Positions 48,467-59,001 of a stretch of 64,000 nt of DNA are shown one piece after another. The translations under genes and the position numbers were made by a program. Origin of the DNA: an uncultured virus (IMG/VR IMGVR_UViG_3300031182_000003) (Duplodnaviria; Heunggongvirae; Uroviricota; Caudoviricetes); the IMG/VR virus record IMGVR_UViG_3300031182_000003; one strand, 5' to 3'. Within the stretch, counting starts at the first letter, position 1. The number at the start of each line of letters is the position of its first letter. Under the pieces are notes generated by a model, which saw only the letters and a list, made by a program, of their open reading frames with translations, did no database searches and was not told the origin of the DNA.

Positions 48467-49414
48467 TTGGCGAAACTGACAAAGGAAGAAGTATTGGCAA
48501 GACGCATCTATAAAATTCTGGTCAGCCGTGGGCGACCGATGCACATCCAAGAAATCTACAAGGAGATCCCGGATAAGCCGGAGACGACAATCCGGGGGCG
48601 TATCTATACGAATCTGGCGAAGCTGTTTAAGCGTGTCGCCAAAGGCGTATATTGTGCGCTCGACCCGGAGACCGGCGGCGGTGTCATTGTCCTTCGCGGC
48701 AACGGCAGGGATCTTTCGTTCTTTGCGGACGGTTCAGTGGATGCCATTGTCACCGATCATCCGTGGCAAGATGAGAAGTCGCATCGCGGCGGTAATCGCG
48801 GATTCGTATCCACATACGAGGATAATTGTTTCCGCTATACACTGGACGACTTCAAAGAGAAGGCCCGGGTATTGCGGCCCGGAGGTTTTCTGGTGGAAGT
48901 CCTGCCCGCAGAGAACGAAAACAATTACGAATACCTGTACCAGATCAAGAAAATGGCCGAGGAGTGCGGACTCTACTACTACGCTAAGGTGCCGTGGAAG
49001 AAAGGCACCTTTGTTGCCAACACAGGCCGCAAGGCGAAGAATACAGAGGACATCATGTTCTTCACCAAGGGCAAAGCCCGCGCTCTCCGGCCCGATGTCA
49101 AGAAGACGAAGGCGACCGGCGAGCCGCATTATATGAGCGGCACCGCCTATATGCTTCCGACGGAGTTCGATTGCCAGCCGCCGGGGCGCAATGAGCGCAT
49201 CCATCAGGCGGAAAAGCCTGTATCGCTCTATGAGCAAATTCTCGAAGCTGTAACGCTCCCGGGCGAAATCGTCGTCGATCAGTTCGCGGGGAGCGGCAAT
49301 CTTGGCAAGGCCGCTATCAAGAAAGGCCGCATTGCGGTTTTGTTTGAAAACATGAAGGAACACATCAAGACGATCAAGAAGAATTTGGGGGCCAAGAAAT
49401 TGTCCTTTGAATAG
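48467..49414 (+). CDS. N4/N6 DNA methyltransferase with N-terminal winged-helix-like domain
   Basis: AIVTDHPW (DPPY-like), HQAEKP, VVDQFAGSG (beta-class motif order). Confidence 0.8.
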   Translation: MAKLTKEEVLARRIYKILVSRGRPMHIQEIYKEIPDKPETTIRGRIYTNLAKLFKRVAKGVYCALDPETGGGVIVLRGNGRDLSFFADGSVDAIVTDHPWQDEKSHRGGNRGFVSTYEDNCFRYTLDDFKEKARVLRPGGFLVEVLPAENENNYEYLYQIKKMAEECGLYYYAKVPWKKGTFVANTGRKAKNTEDIMFFTKGKARALRPDVKKTKATGEPHYMSGTAYMLPTEFDCQPPGRNERIHQAEKPVSLYEQILEAVTLPGEIVVDQFAGSGNLGKAAIKKGRIAVLFENMKEHIKTIKKNLGAKKLSFE

Positions 49415-49425
49415 GAGGCACACCG

Positions 49426-51387
49426 ATGACAACGACCATCGAGCAGAGAAAGCAGTTGCTCAAAGGATTGAACCCCCAACAGCGCGTTGCTGTGAAAGAT
49501 ACGCTCAAGGAGCCCACGCTCGTCATTGCAGGCGCGGGCTCTGGGAAAACCCTTGTATTGACCACACGCATTGCGTATTTGATCGCGAAGGGTGTTGATC
49601 CTCGACATATCATGGCGGTCACGTTTACCAACAAGGCCGCCAATGAGATGAAGGAGCGAATCGGAAAACTGGTCGGCCCGGATAGTACCAAGAAGCTGAC
49701 CATCGGAACATTCCATAGCCTGTGTGTGCGCTGGCTTCACAGGTTCTATGCGGAGGCCGGTCTGAAGAAGAATTGGACGATCTATGACGAAGATGACCAA
49801 AACAAGGTCATCCGTAGCGTACTGAAAGACTTCAATCTGGAGAGCAACGCGACCGCCGTGCGCATCTACAAAGACCGCATCTCGAATTGCAAGAATGAGA
49901 TGATGACGCCGGAGGACGCCCGGAATCACATCCTGTATGACAAAGATCATACGTTCTACAAGGTCTACAAGGAATACCAAGACAGGCTTCAACGCCTGAA
50001 CGCGATGGACTTTGACGACCTGCTGATGCGCATGGTTCATGTACTGGAGATGTACCCGGACGTGCGTCGCAAGTTCCAGAAGAAATTCAAGTACGTCATG
50101 GTGGACGAGTATCAGGATACAAACGAATGCCAGTACCGCATCGTTAAACAAATTGTCGGGAAGGCGAACAATATCTTCATCGTCGGCGATGACTACCAGT
50201 CGATCTATGGCTGGCGTGGCGCAGACGTTCAGAAGATCCTGAACTTCCAGCAGGATTATCCCGGCGCAAAGATCGTCAAGCTGGAGCAGAATTATCGTTC
50301 CACGCAGACCATTGTCGAAGCGGGCAACAAGCTGATGGAGAACGCGCAGAACCAGATGAAGAAAACCTGCTTCTCGAACAATTCGGTCGGCGACAAAATC
50401 CGCAAGTTCTCCGCTCGCACCGATATGGAGGAGGCCGAGTTCGTCGCGCAGGAGATCAATAACCTTGTGCGATTCGAGGGCTACTCCTACGGCGATTTCG
50501 CAATTCTTTACCGTACCAATGTTCAGTCGCGGCTGTTCGAGGAAAAGCTGATGATCCACCAGATCCCCTACAATATGGTGTCCGGTTTCAGCTTCTATGA
50601 GCGCAAGGAGATCAAAGACATCCTTGCATGGCTTCAGCTTGCGATCAACCCTGACAACGATATTGCGTGCGAGCGCGTGCTTGGAATGCTTCCCGGCATC
50701 GGCAAGACAACCATCGAAGCCATCGTCAGCAAACAACGCAAGGAAAACTCCAGCTTGTATGAAGCGGTGGAGTATTTCAAACCGAAAACGGTCAAGGCGC
50801 AGGCGGCTATCGCCGGGCTTACGCAGATCGTTGTCCGGCTCAATACGATTTATGAGGCCGGAAAGCATGTCACGGACACTCCGATCAGCGATATGCTTGA
50901 TCTTGTGTTCAAGCACACCGGGTATGTTGACAAACTGAAGGAGGAAGGCTCCGAGGAATCCGAGCGGCGTGTGGACAACATTATGGAGCTTGTGAAGATC
51001 GCCAAAGGTTACGAGGAGGAGAACAATCATCCAACGGTTCAGGACTTCCTCGATCAAATAGCGCTTACCGCACAGGCTGACAAGGTATCCGCTAAGCAGG
51101 ATGCCGACAAGGTGCAGATGATGACCTTGCATACGGCAAAAGGGTTGGAATTTCCCGTGGTCTTTCTCGTCGGATTCGAGGAGGGATTGCTTCCGCACGC
51201 CAGCGCTGTTGAAGAAGGCGATATCGCGGAAGAACGCCGCCTTGCTTACGTCGGTATTACCCGAGCGGAGAAGCTATTGTATATCACGATGGCACGGCAA
51301 CGGATGAATTATCAACGGCTTTGGGAAACCAAAAGCCCATCGCGCTTCCTGTACACGATCCCGGATTCGCTGATCGAGGAAGTATAA
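49426..51387 (+). CDS. pcrA: PcrA/UvrD SF1 helicase
   Basis: AGAGSGKT, TFTNKAA, VDEYQD, GDDYQSIY, QNYRS, TLHTAKGLEF, EERRLAYVGITRA. Confidence 0.95.
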   Translation: MTTTIEQRKQLLKGLNPQQRVAVKDTLKEPTLVIAGAGSGKTLVLTTRIAYLIAKGVDPRHIMAVTFTNKAANEMKERIGKLVGPDSTKKLTIGTFHSLCVRWLHRFYAEAGLKKNWTIYDEDDQNKVIRSVLKDFNLESNATAVRIYKDRISNCKNEMMTPEDARNHILYDKDHTFYKVYKEYQDRLQRLNAMDFDDLLMRMVHVLEMYPDVRRKFQKKFKYVMVDEYQDTNECQYRIVKQIVGKANNIFIVGDDYQSIYGWRGADVQKILNFQQDYPGAKIVKLEQNYRSTQTIVEAGNKLMENAQNQMKKTCFSNNSVGDKIRKFSARTDMEEAEFVAQEINNLVRFEGYSYGDFAILYRTNVQSRLFEEKLMIHQIPYNMVSGFSFYERKEIKDILAWLQLAINPDNDIACERVLGMLPGIGKTTIEAIVSKQRKENSSLYEAVEYFKPKTVKAQAAIAGLTQIVVRLNTIYEAGKHVTDTPISDMLDLVFKHTGYVDKLKEEGSEESERRVDNIMELVKIAKGYEEENNHPTVQDFLDQIALTAQADKVSAKQDADKVQMMTLHTAKGLEFPVVFLVGFEEGLLPHASAVEEGDIAEERRLAYVGITRAEKLLYITMARQRMNYQRLWETKSPSRFLYTIPDSLIEEV

Positions 51388-51401
51388 AGTTGTGCCAGAG
51401 T

Positions 51402-51428
51402 GTTACAATATGTTATATAATAAGTAAC
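51402..51428 (+). promoter_or_regulatory. GTTAC-N17-GTAAC inverted repeat enclosing TATAAT
   Basis: Exact spacing match to the other copies. Confidence 0.6.
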
Positions 51429-51436
51429 AGAAGGGA

Positions 51437-52054
51437 ATGAAATCAATGGCCGAGAAGAAGCGCCCCGAGCTTACGGATGAGTTCCGTAAGAAGTACATCA
51501 AGAACCTCAAGGGCAAGGAATTTGTGGAGTATCCCGGCCTGCTGGCGCTGGCGCATCAGCAACCCGACTTCGGCCACATCCGGGCCTATATTACGCAGTA
51601 TCCCTGCGCGGAAAACAAGTGGACAACCTTTGCCCGCGCGGAGATCTACGATAAGAACGGCCAGATTGTCGGCATGGAAGAAGCGGACGCCAGCGAACGC
51701 AACTGCAACAAAATGGTCGGCCCGCACGCGCCGCGCATGGCTCTCACCCGGGCCAAAGGCCGCGCCCTTCGTGACTATCTCAACATTGACATGGTTACGA
51801 AGGAGGAACTGCTCATTTACGAGCCGGATCTGGCAGACCCGAAAATCATCGGCAAGATCAAGCGGATGGCAAAGGCCGCGAAGATATCCGACGCCAAGTT
51901 GTACACTTGGATGGAAAAGCAAACCGGGGCAGAGGAGTTCAACGAACTTCTGCAAACGCAGGCTGAAGAATTTCTGGATTGGCTGGAGAAGAAAATCCAG
52001 CGTATCGAAGCCAAGCGCAAAGAGAAGGAAAACGAGGACGACCCTGCCGCGTAA
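51437..52054 (+). CDS. Putative Rad52/Sak-like single-strand annealing protein
   Basis: KNLKGKEFVEYPGLL, RMALTRAKGRALR pattern; recombination context. Confidence 0.5.
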   Translation: MKSMAEKKRPELTDEFRKKYIKNLKGKEFVEYPGLLALAHQQPDFGHIRAYITQYPCAENKWTTFARAEIYDKNGQIVGMEEADASERNCNKMVGPHAPRMALTRAKGRALRDYLNIDMVTKEELLIYEPDLADPKIIGKIKRMAKAAKISDAKLYTWMEKQTGAEEFNELLQTQAEEFLDWLEKKIQRIEAKRKEKENEDDPAA

Positions 52055-52116
52055 ATGCTATAATGACAGGGGAGCCAACCCGCTCCCCCTAATTCCTGCA
52101 TAGGATGTGAGACCAT

Positions 52117-52419
52117 ATGCCAAGCGAACAAGTTACTGTGGATACGCTCATCCGCATTGCCAACCATGTGCGCAAGGGTGAAATCCGAACGCTGAGGATC
52201 AAGAAACGCGCCAGCGGCAAAAACAAGGGATTGCTGTTTGCGGATTATACCCTGCAAAATGCGACTCCCGCCGACGCAGAACTCACCGCTTATCGTCAGC
52301 GCGTGGCCGGTGTCATCGAGAAGGCCGCGCAAATTCTTGCCAACATGGAACTGCGGGAGTTCAATATCGCCCTCAAAGACCCCGTGGATGAGCGTTACGT
52401 CTACATTCTGGAGAAGTAA
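52117..52419 (+). CDS. Hypothetical protein
   Basis: Follows TATAAT at 52059-52064. Confidence 0.65.
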   Translation: MPSEQVTVDTLIRIANHVRKGEIRTLRIKKRASGKNKGLLFADYTLQNATPADAELTAYRQRVAGVIEKAAQILANMELREFNIALKDPVDERYVYILEK

Positions 52420-52431
52420 CAGGAGGTCATC

Positions 52432-52893
52432 ATGCAGTTCAAGACGTACATGTACCGTCTCAAAAAAGACATACCGGGATACATGAACAAACGCCCGGGC
52501 AAAGACGCGGGATATGACCTGTTTGCCGCTGAGACCAAATGGTTTCTGCCATTCCAGACCCGCAAAGTCTTGTCCAACGCCTGCGTACATATCCCCGCAG
52601 GACATTTGGGCCGCATCAAAGGACGTAGCGGCGAAAGCCTGAACGGTTGGCTTGTTCATTCCGGTACGGTCGATCACGGCTATCACGGCGACATCGGCAT
52701 CATTGTCACGAATCTTTCGTTCCTGCCGCGTCGGATCAAAGCGGGCACTCGCCCTGCACAATTGATCTTTATGCCGTTTTCCGAGGCGACGGAAATCGAA
52801 GAACTGGACAATCGGGAGGATTACAACGCCATCGTCAAGCGTTTGAGCAACTCAGATCGAGGCGACGGAGGCTTCGGAGAATCCGGCAAGTAA
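52432..52893 (+). CDS. dut: Trimeric dUTPase
   Basis: AGYDL, GRSG, GTVDHGYHG, AQLI, RGDGGFGESG. Confidence 0.93.
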   Translation: MQFKTYMYRLKKDIPGYMNKRPGKDAGYDLFAAETKWFLPFQTRKVLSNACVHIPAGHLGRIKGRSGESLNGWLVHSGTVDHGYHGDIGIIVTNLSFLPRRIKAGTRPAQLIFMPFSEATEIEELDNREDYNAIVKRLSNSDRGDGGFGESGK

Positions 52894-52940
52894 GACCCCG
52901 CTAATTGGCGGGGTCTCGCCAATTAGAGGAGGGTAGCATA

Positions 52941-53690
52941 ATGGAAATCAGATGGGCAATCTCGGACATCCACGGCAACGGACGCCAGTTCGTTGAACTT
53001 CTGGATTACGTTGACCCGGATCCCGAGCAGATGATTATCTGCGGCGATCTGGTCAATCGTGGACTGGATTCGTGGGGTGTGTTTGAAGAATGCGCCCAAT
53101 TGATCGAAGAAGGATGCAAGATCGTCGGCGGCAACCATGATATCTGGTACATGAAGTATCGGACAAGTCAGTTGCCGCATCATTTCTTTGTATCGCCGGA
53201 TGTCGGCGGAATCACGACGCTCAAATCCATCGAACTTGCCGTGCAAAGACATGGAGTCGATCATGTCAACGAGACGATCAATACGGTGCTGGATGCGATC
53301 ATTCCGTATTATGAAACCGAAGATTTCATCTTCGTTCATGCCGGGATCGACCCGCGCATTCCGACGATGGGCCGCCAGCTTCATGAGTATCTGTACAACG
53401 GATGCGATGCTTGGCGGAATCCGAATATGTATCATACCTTCGATCAGGTGATTGTGTTCGGGCACACCCCTACATTCCAAATCCATCGCAACATTTCGTC
53501 GGATGAAGCGACCGTGTGGTTTTCGCGTCAGCGGAGAAAAATGGGCATTGATACCGGAGCCGGGTTCGGTTGTCGTCTGACGATGGTTGATCTGCAAAAA
53601 GGCATCGCTTATGCCTACGACTTTAAGACCCGGGAGATTATCAAGTATCAGTTCATGAATCCCAAGGGGTTCAAAAGGAGGTATTATTGA
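52941..53690 (+). CDS. Metallophosphoesterase (Ser/Thr protein phosphatase-like)
   Basis: SDIHG, GDLVNRG, GNHD, FVHAG, FGHTP, IDTGA. Confidence 0.9.
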   Translation: MEIRWAISDIHGNGRQFVELLDYVDPDPEQMIICGDLVNRGLDSWGVFEECAQLIEEGCKIVGGNHDIWYMKYRTSQLPHHFFVSPDVGGITTLKSIELAVQRHGVDHVNETINTVLDAIIPYYETEDFIFVHAGIDPRIPTMGRQLHEYLYNGCDAWRNPNMYHTFDQVIVFGHTPTFQIHRNISSDEATVWFSRQRRKMGIDTGAGFGCRLTMVDLQKGIAYAYDFKTREIIKYQFMNPKGFKRRYY

Positions 53691-53857
53691 TGCCTCACTG
53701 GCTGTCAACGCTGATTTTCAGCTTTCTCGGCACCGCGCTCGCCTTCATCGTATTCACGAGGCCGATCACCAACATCACGGCGCACAAGGTTTACCATAAA
53801 CTGATGCGCAAAGTGAAAGCCGATGAGGATCGCTTCGCCAAACGGAAGCAGGTGTAA
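53690..53857 (+). CDS. Small membrane protein
   Basis: AGGAGG RBS; hydrophobic N-terminus, basic C-terminus. Confidence 0.55.
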   Translation: MPHWLSTLIFSFLGTALAFIVFTRPITNITAHKVYHKLMRKVKADEDRFAKRKQV

Positions 53858-54369
53858 TGATGAAGCGCAAACGCGGTCATTATTATGTCGGCGACCGGGT
53901 GATGGATCGGGTATGGCGGCGCAAAGGAGTCGTGACCGGCGTGCCGAAGATCTTTTCTCCGTTGTCACGGGTAGATGTAGAGTGGGAGGATGGAACCAAA
54001 ACCGAAGCGTGGACACCATCCATCATGCTCGATCCTGATTTTGTCGGAGAGTTGGTGAAGCAGATGAGCAGAAGGTATTTCGTACCGAAAGTCGGCGACC
54101 GCGTGAAGGTTTTGTCGCTCGGCATCAAGGGAACGGTCGAATACATTTCGATCAACGACTTGCCGTTTTCGTTCTTGTACCCGATCCAGTTAAAGTTGGA
54201 CAAGCCCTATGACGAAACCGGCCATCGGATGTACCGCGTCGGTCTGGACGACATCAAACTGCTGAAGAAGAAGGAAAAAGCCAAGTCCATCAAGAAGAAA
54301 AAGAAGCGCGTCATTCCCGATGATGAACCCATCATTTGGGACGACGACGAACCGATTGAGTGGGACTGA
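53857..54369 (+). CDS. Hypothetical protein with two SH3/KOW-like repeats
   Basis: VGDRV occurs twice. Confidence 0.6.
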   Translation: MMKRKRGHYYVGDRVMDRVWRRKGVVTGVPKIFSPLSRVDVEWEDGTKTEAWTPSIMLDPDFVGELVKQMSRRYFVPKVGDRVKVLSLGIKGTVEYISINDLPFSFLYPIQLKLDKPYDETGHRMYRVGLDDIKLLKKKEKAKSIKKKKKRVIPDDEPIIWDDDEPIEWD

Positions 54370-54371
54370 GG

Positions 54372-54406
54372 CATAATGCATTACCTCTTGGTACACATTA
54401 TGTAAC
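54372..54406 (+). promoter_or_regulatory. Recurrent promoter/operator motif copy
   Basis: GCATAA...ATTAC-N17-GTAAC. Confidence 0.6.
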
Positions 54407-54418
54407 GAAGGTGGTCTC

Positions 54419-54721
54419 GTGGGTTATGAAGAATTGGGCGAGAAGCTGACGGAGTTCATCGAATACTACTACGATGCGGGGTACGATGTCGAGGCTGATG
54501 ATAGCGAACTGGAGACCGACCAAGTATTCAGAATCGCTGTGAGCAACGGCAAACAAGCCGTGCTGATTGTTTTTACCATCGAGGGCGTCAGCGCAGACAC
54601 CGATTCGGCTGGCATTCATATCAGCTTCCATAGGCCCAAGGAGGACAACGATCACTTCGTGAACGAGGTGATGGATACTTTTGCCCGCATCACAGGTATT
54701 CCACTGTATCACGTTCATTAA
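54419..54721 (+). CDS. Hypothetical acidic protein
   Basis: AAGGTGG RBS. Confidence 0.65.
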   Translation: MGYEELGEKLTEFIEYYYDAGYDVEADDSELETDQVFRIAVSNGKQAVLIVFTIEGVSADTDSAGIHISFHRPKEDNDHFVNEVMDTFARITGIPLYHVH

Positions 54722-54732
54722 GGAGGACTCAT

Positions 54733-55176
54733 ATGCCAAAAATCCAGTATCCGATTGAAATTCATGGTATTGATTGGGGTCAGGGCCGTGCCATCGAATC
54801 CCGGGAATACGGTTGTAAAGTCGGCGATTTGGTTCGCGTGCGTCCGGCAGGCGGGGAATACGGCAACAAGACATACCTTGGCGTCTACATCGGTGATGTT
54901 GCGCAATCTATCCGTGCGGTTTACAATCAGGAAACCAAGAAGCTGGAGATCGACTTTGCGTTGCACAACCCCGCCATGTTCGTGCCCGACCTCAACAAAA
55001 TCATTTATGGTTGCGAAAGCTGGTGGAGCCGCATCGAAAGTCAGGATCAACTCAAGGACATCACCGATGAAGAAATCAGCAACGTGTGGTATGTTAAGGC
55101 GCTAAAACAAATCGCAGAAGCGGAAAAGGAATGCGCCGCCGAAGAAGGAGGTCTGGACGATGCTTCAGAAGTATGA
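54733..55176 (+). CDS. Conserved phage hypothetical protein (KTYLGVYIGD)
   Basis: AAGGAGG RBS. Confidence 0.7.
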   Translation: MPKIQYPIEIHGIDWGQGRAIESREYGCKVGDLVRVRPAGGEYGNKTYLGVYIGDVAQSIRAVYNQETKKLEIDFALHNPAMFVPDLNKIIYGCESWWSRIESQDQLKDITDEEISNVWYVKALKQIAEAEKECAAEEGGLDDASEV

Positions 55177-55525
55177 TGCGCCGGACATTGAGGCCGACAT
55201 CGTCAAACACACCGTACTGCTCAAGTTCCTTTGCGGGGAACATCGCGCAGAAGTCATCAGCGAACTCGGCGGCGACTGCTACGGTGGCGACATTCTCGGC
55301 AACTTCACCGATTTGTCCACCGGTCTTGTCGTGTGTATGGAACGCGGCAAGAATGCCGCGCATTGCATCCCATATGAAGACGAAGAAGGGAAGTACGTCG
55401 AGGTCGAATATATCCGGTTGACTCACCCGACCAAAAGCCCAATCGAACTTGATTTGGAGGAAGCGCAAAGCTATTTGGTTGGCATCGAGATTATCGGGTA
55501 TGAGGAGTGCGACGGCGAACAGTAA
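55160..55525 (+). CDS. Hypothetical protein
   Basis: AAGGAGG RBS. Confidence 0.65.
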   Translation: MLQKYDAPDIEADIVKHTVLLKFLCGEHRAEVISELGGDCYGGDILGNFTDLSTGLVVCMERGKNAAHCIPYEDEEGKYVEVEYIRLTHPTKSPIELDLEEAQSYLVGIEIIGYEECDGEQ

Positions 55526-55544
55526 ACAATAAGGAGGCGAAGTC

Positions 55545-57863
55545 ATGAAGATCCTGTACGCTACAGACCACCACATCAAAGGCCGAAACCCCGGATCCCG
55601 GATCGACGATTATCCGTTGGCGCTGTACAAGAAGATGCTGGAGTTCGAGCAAGCGTGCATCTACGAGAAGCCGGACGCGGTTGTCTTCGGCGGCGACTTG
55701 TTTGATACGCCGCGCGTCGCGTTTTCGATCATCGTACAATACGCGAAGATCTTCCGGCGCATCCGTGAGCTTGGCATTCCGATCTATCTTGTGCCCGGCA
55801 ATCACGACCTATTCGGGTATTCGATGGACACCATCGACCAAACGGCCATTGGTGTCCTGTCGGAGTCTGGCCTTGTCAAACTGCTGACGCGCAAACGCAG
55901 TTACCTTCTGACCGACGCCAAAGGCGTGACGGTCGAAATCTTTGGCCGGGAATACGACAAAGACATTGATACGAGCCCGGCTGATTACCAAGTGGATCCG
56001 TCATACAATGCCAGATGGAACGTGCTGTTTTCGCACGGCATGTTGCTCCAGAAACCGTTCCACCCGGATGTGCGCCACACGCTGACGAAGGATGTGCGCA
56101 CCAAAGCGCATGTCGTTCTGAATGGTCATTATCATCCGGGTATGGAAATCCACGAGGAGAACGGCACGATTTTCGGAAACCCCGGTTCCACCGGGCGTGA
56201 CGAAGGCTCTAAAGGCAACATCGACCGGATTCCGCAGTACGCGATCATCGAGGCTACGAAGAAGAAGATCGACGTGACGTTCGTGGAATACGCAACGGCG
56301 ATGCCGGGCGATGAGGTATTTGACCGCACGCCCATCGACGAAGCAAAGGTGCATGAGCGTTATCTGGAAGCGTTCGAGCAAACGATTGCGGATGCTATGA
56401 CGTTCGATGCCTTCGATCCGAAAGACGTGCTGGCTGAACTGTCCAAGAGCAACAACATCGAGCAGGATGTTCTGGATGCGGCGTTCGAGGCCATTGTTGA
56501 AGCCGAAAAGGCTATTCAAGACAATAAGCTCGACGGCTACATCGAGAAACGCCGCTCGATTGCAATCACCGAGATCGAGATCGAAAATTTCCAAAGCCAC
56601 AAGCATACGAAGATCGAGTTCTCACCGAAGGGACTCAATGCAATTACGGGGGCGAGTGATAGTGGAAAATCGGCCATTATTCGGGCTCTCCGTTGGGCGC
56701 TTTACAACGAGCCCAAGGGATCGGATTTTATCCGGCATGGCGAGTCCAGAGCTACGGTCACTGTTCGTTTCAGCGATGGTTCTTTTATTACAAGAACGCG
56801 CACTAACTCCGACGCAGGAAGCTACATTGTGGGTGACGCTCACGGGAAGACGCAGGAGTTCAAGGGTTTCTCTAACAATATTCCAATTGATGTGGCAAAT
56901 ACACACCAGATGCCAAGAGTTGAACTCGCTCCGGGAATTGAGCGTTCTCTCAACTTTGCGTATCAATTGGATGGACATTTCCTGCTCTCGGAGCCGCCTT
57001 CAGTTAGAGCGGCTGTTATTGGACGACTTACAGGCGTGCATTTTGTCGATAGTGCAATCAAAGAAAAGCGCAAAGATCTCCTGAACCTGACCAAAGACAT
57101 CAATGCCGCAGAAAAGCGGATTGAAGAACTCAACGAAAAGCTCAAGGAATACGACGACCTTCCGCAACTCAAACAGCAAATTGATCTTGCGACGCTTCTG
57201 ATTCAAAAGCTGGAGCGGCAGGAGAAAGAACTCGACGAACTGCGCGACATGCAGGCCGAGATCGCTAGCGCGGACAATGACATCGTCACCTACAAGAAAC
57301 AACTCAAGGAGTTCGCCGATCTGCCAAAAGCCGAGAAGCGGCTGGAGAAGGCGGAACGCATGGCGGAAGAACTCCGGGATCTGGAGATCATGGCTGACGA
57401 TTTGGCGGAGGCCAGCCGCGATGTGAAGGTGTATACGGAGCGCCTGCGGGCTTTTGACCGTCTGGATGAAGCGGAGCAAAACTTCCAGAAGGCAGAGGAG
57501 CTTACGCGGGAGCTAAATGAGCTTGAGGAGATGTACGCCGATCTGGTTGAAGCGGAAGACGCCGTCTCCACATACGAGAAGCAGTTATCCCGCTTCGGCG
57601 ATTTGTCGCAGGCGCAGACTCTTGTCGAGCAAGCCGAAGCCCTCATGGATGGACTCTATGAACTCCGACAGCTTCATGACGAGTTGAATTCGGCGGATGC
57701 GGATATTCGCACCTTCAATGAATCGCTGGATTATTGGAGGGACATTGAAACGTCGCTTCAAACAAAGGTCAAAGATATCTTTGCGCGGCTCGGCAACAAA
57801 TGTCCGATGTGTCGGCAAGATTTGGATGCCGAGCATATGGAGCATGTGATTGATGCTGTATGA
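55545..57863 (+). CDS. SbcD/Mre11 nuclease fused to the N-terminal half of SbcC/Rad50
   Basis: TDHH, GGDLFD, GNHD, GHYH, NPGS; then IENFQSH, GASDSGKS Walker A, coiled coil, CPMC zinc hook at the end. Confidence 0.9.
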   Translation: MKILYATDHHIKGRNPGSRIDDYPLALYKKMLEFEQACIYEKPDAVVFGGDLFDTPRVAFSIIVQYAKIFRRIRELGIPIYLVPGNHDLFGYSMDTIDQTAIGVLSESGLVKLLTRKRSYLLTDAKGVTVEIFGREYDKDIDTSPADYQVDPSYNARWNVLFSHGMLLQKPFHPDVRHTLTKDVRTKAHVVLNGHYHPGMEIHEENGTIFGNPGSTGRDEGSKGNIDRIPQYAIIEATKKKIDVTFVEYATAMPGDEVFDRTPIDEAKVHERYLEAFEQTIADAMTFDAFDPKDVLAELSKSNNIEQDVLDAAFEAIVEAEKAIQDNKLDGYIEKRRSIAITEIEIENFQSHKHTKIEFSPKGLNAITGASDSGKSAIIRALRWALYNEPKGSDFIRHGESRATVTVRFSDGSFITRTRTNSDAGSYIVGDAHGKTQEFKGFSNNIPIDVANTHQMPRVELAPGIERSLNFAYQLDGHFLLSEPPSVRAAVIGRLTGVHFVDSAIKEKRKDLLNLTKDINAAEKRIEELNEKLKEYDDLPQLKQQIDLATLLIQKLERQEKELDELRDMQAEIASADNDIVTYKKQLKEFADLPKAEKRLEKAERMAEELRDLEIMADDLAEASRDVKVYTERLRAFDRLDEAEQNFQKAEELTRELNELEEMYADLVEAEDAVSTYEKQLSRFGDLSQAQTLVEQAEALMDGLYELRQLHDELNSADADIRTFNESLDYWRDIETSLQTKVKDIFARLGNKCPMCRQDLDAEHMEHVIDAV

Positions 57864-58089
57864 TGTTGATGATGTCATCCGCATCCGGCATCCCTTTCTC
57901 GAAAACAGGGGGTGGAGGGTGTTGCGCACCTTTCCATCCCTCAATCCCAACGTTACCTTGCTACGCATTCAACTGCTGAATGACGATGGCACAGAAGCCA
58001 AACAACCGCCGATTACCATCGGCGACAATCTTGTAGTGAAGAAAATAGGGAGGTATCCAGCATGGCAAAAACGTGGGAACAAGAACTGA
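57859..58089 (+). CDS. Small hypothetical protein (start uncertain)
   Basis: Fills gap within the operon. Confidence 0.45.
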   Translation, partial: YDVDDVIRIRHPFLENRGWRVLRTFPSLNPNVTLLRIQLLNDDGTEAKQPPITIGDNLVVKKIGRYPAWQKRGNKN

Positions 58090-58325
58090 AGGAAGTCAAG
58101 CGCGAACTTCAATCGGCGCAAACGGAGCAAACCAAGATCAGCACCCGACTGGAGGAAGCGAAGAAGCGCCGTCAGGCGGCCATCGACCGGCTGAAGGCGA
58201 AGGGAATTGACCCCAAGGATCTGAAGAAGGCCATCGAGGAGAAGGAAAGGGAACTCGAACAAACCATCGAGTCCATCCGTGAATGCCTGCCGGGTGATGA
58301 CGATGAAGACGACGAGGACGAATGA
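58062..58325 (+). CDS. Small coiled-coil protein
   Basis: GGGAGGT RBS; heptad pattern. Confidence 0.7.
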   Translation: MAKTWEQELKEVKRELQSAQTEQTKISTRLEEAKKRRQAAIDRLKAKGIDPKDLKKAIEEKERELEQTIESIRECLPGDDDEDDEDE

Positions 58326-59001
58326 GCCGCCAGAGAAATCAAACAGCAACAGTGGCGGTACAGAATTTCTTCAGTCCCTTAACGTAAACGTGGACGATCT
58401 GTTCAAGAACATCAAGCAACAGGTGTTCGATTCATTGGATGGATTTGTCCAAACCAATGGCGGAATGTACCACGTAACTACCAAGCCTAATTCGGGTAAG
58501 CCGTTCTTCGAGGATTACAACGCATATTATGCCGATGGACAATTGGCGTACATCAACAACCGGAAGTTGCTCCAGCAGGTTATCCGAAACATGATAAGGC
58601 ACACCTCATCGCCGCTCGGCGAGCATTTTGAACTCAGCGAAGATGATTACCAGTTCCTCATGGATGTCATCTACGAACAGTTCCTAAAGGTTGTTGAGCG
58701 GCGGGCAAGCCAAACACAGGAAGAAGAACAGCCGATTGAGCATAACGTCGTCAATGTCAGTTTCATGGATACACTGGTTCATGCGCTGACTTCCATCGAA
58801 GGCATTGCGTCGGTGCAGACGCTATTCATGGATTATCCACGGCAGGTGTCGATCCTGCTTCGGGTGGATCCAGAATTTGAACTTCGCGATCCTTCGCACG
58901 CCGAACAATGGGAGCAACGTATCGCAAATGCTATTCGTTTCAACAAGCCGAAGGCACTTGATAAGCTGGAGGTCGTCTTTCACAGAATGGAGGTGTTCTG
59001 A
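58279..59001 (+). CDS. Hypothetical protein (start uncertain)
   Basis: 240-aa open frame abutting the next gene. Confidence 0.6.
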   Translation: MNACRVMTMKTTRTNEPPEKSNSNSGGTEFLQSLNVNVDDLFKNIKQQVFDSLDGFVQTNGGMYHVTTKPNSGKPFFEDYNAYYADGQLAYINNRKLLQQVIRNMIRHTSSPLGEHFELSEDDYQFLMDVIYEQFLKVVERRASQTQEEEQPIEHNVVNVSFMDTLVHALTSIEGIASVQTLFMDYPRQVSILLRVDPEFELRDPSHAEQWEQRIANAIRFNKPKALDKLEVVFHRMEVF

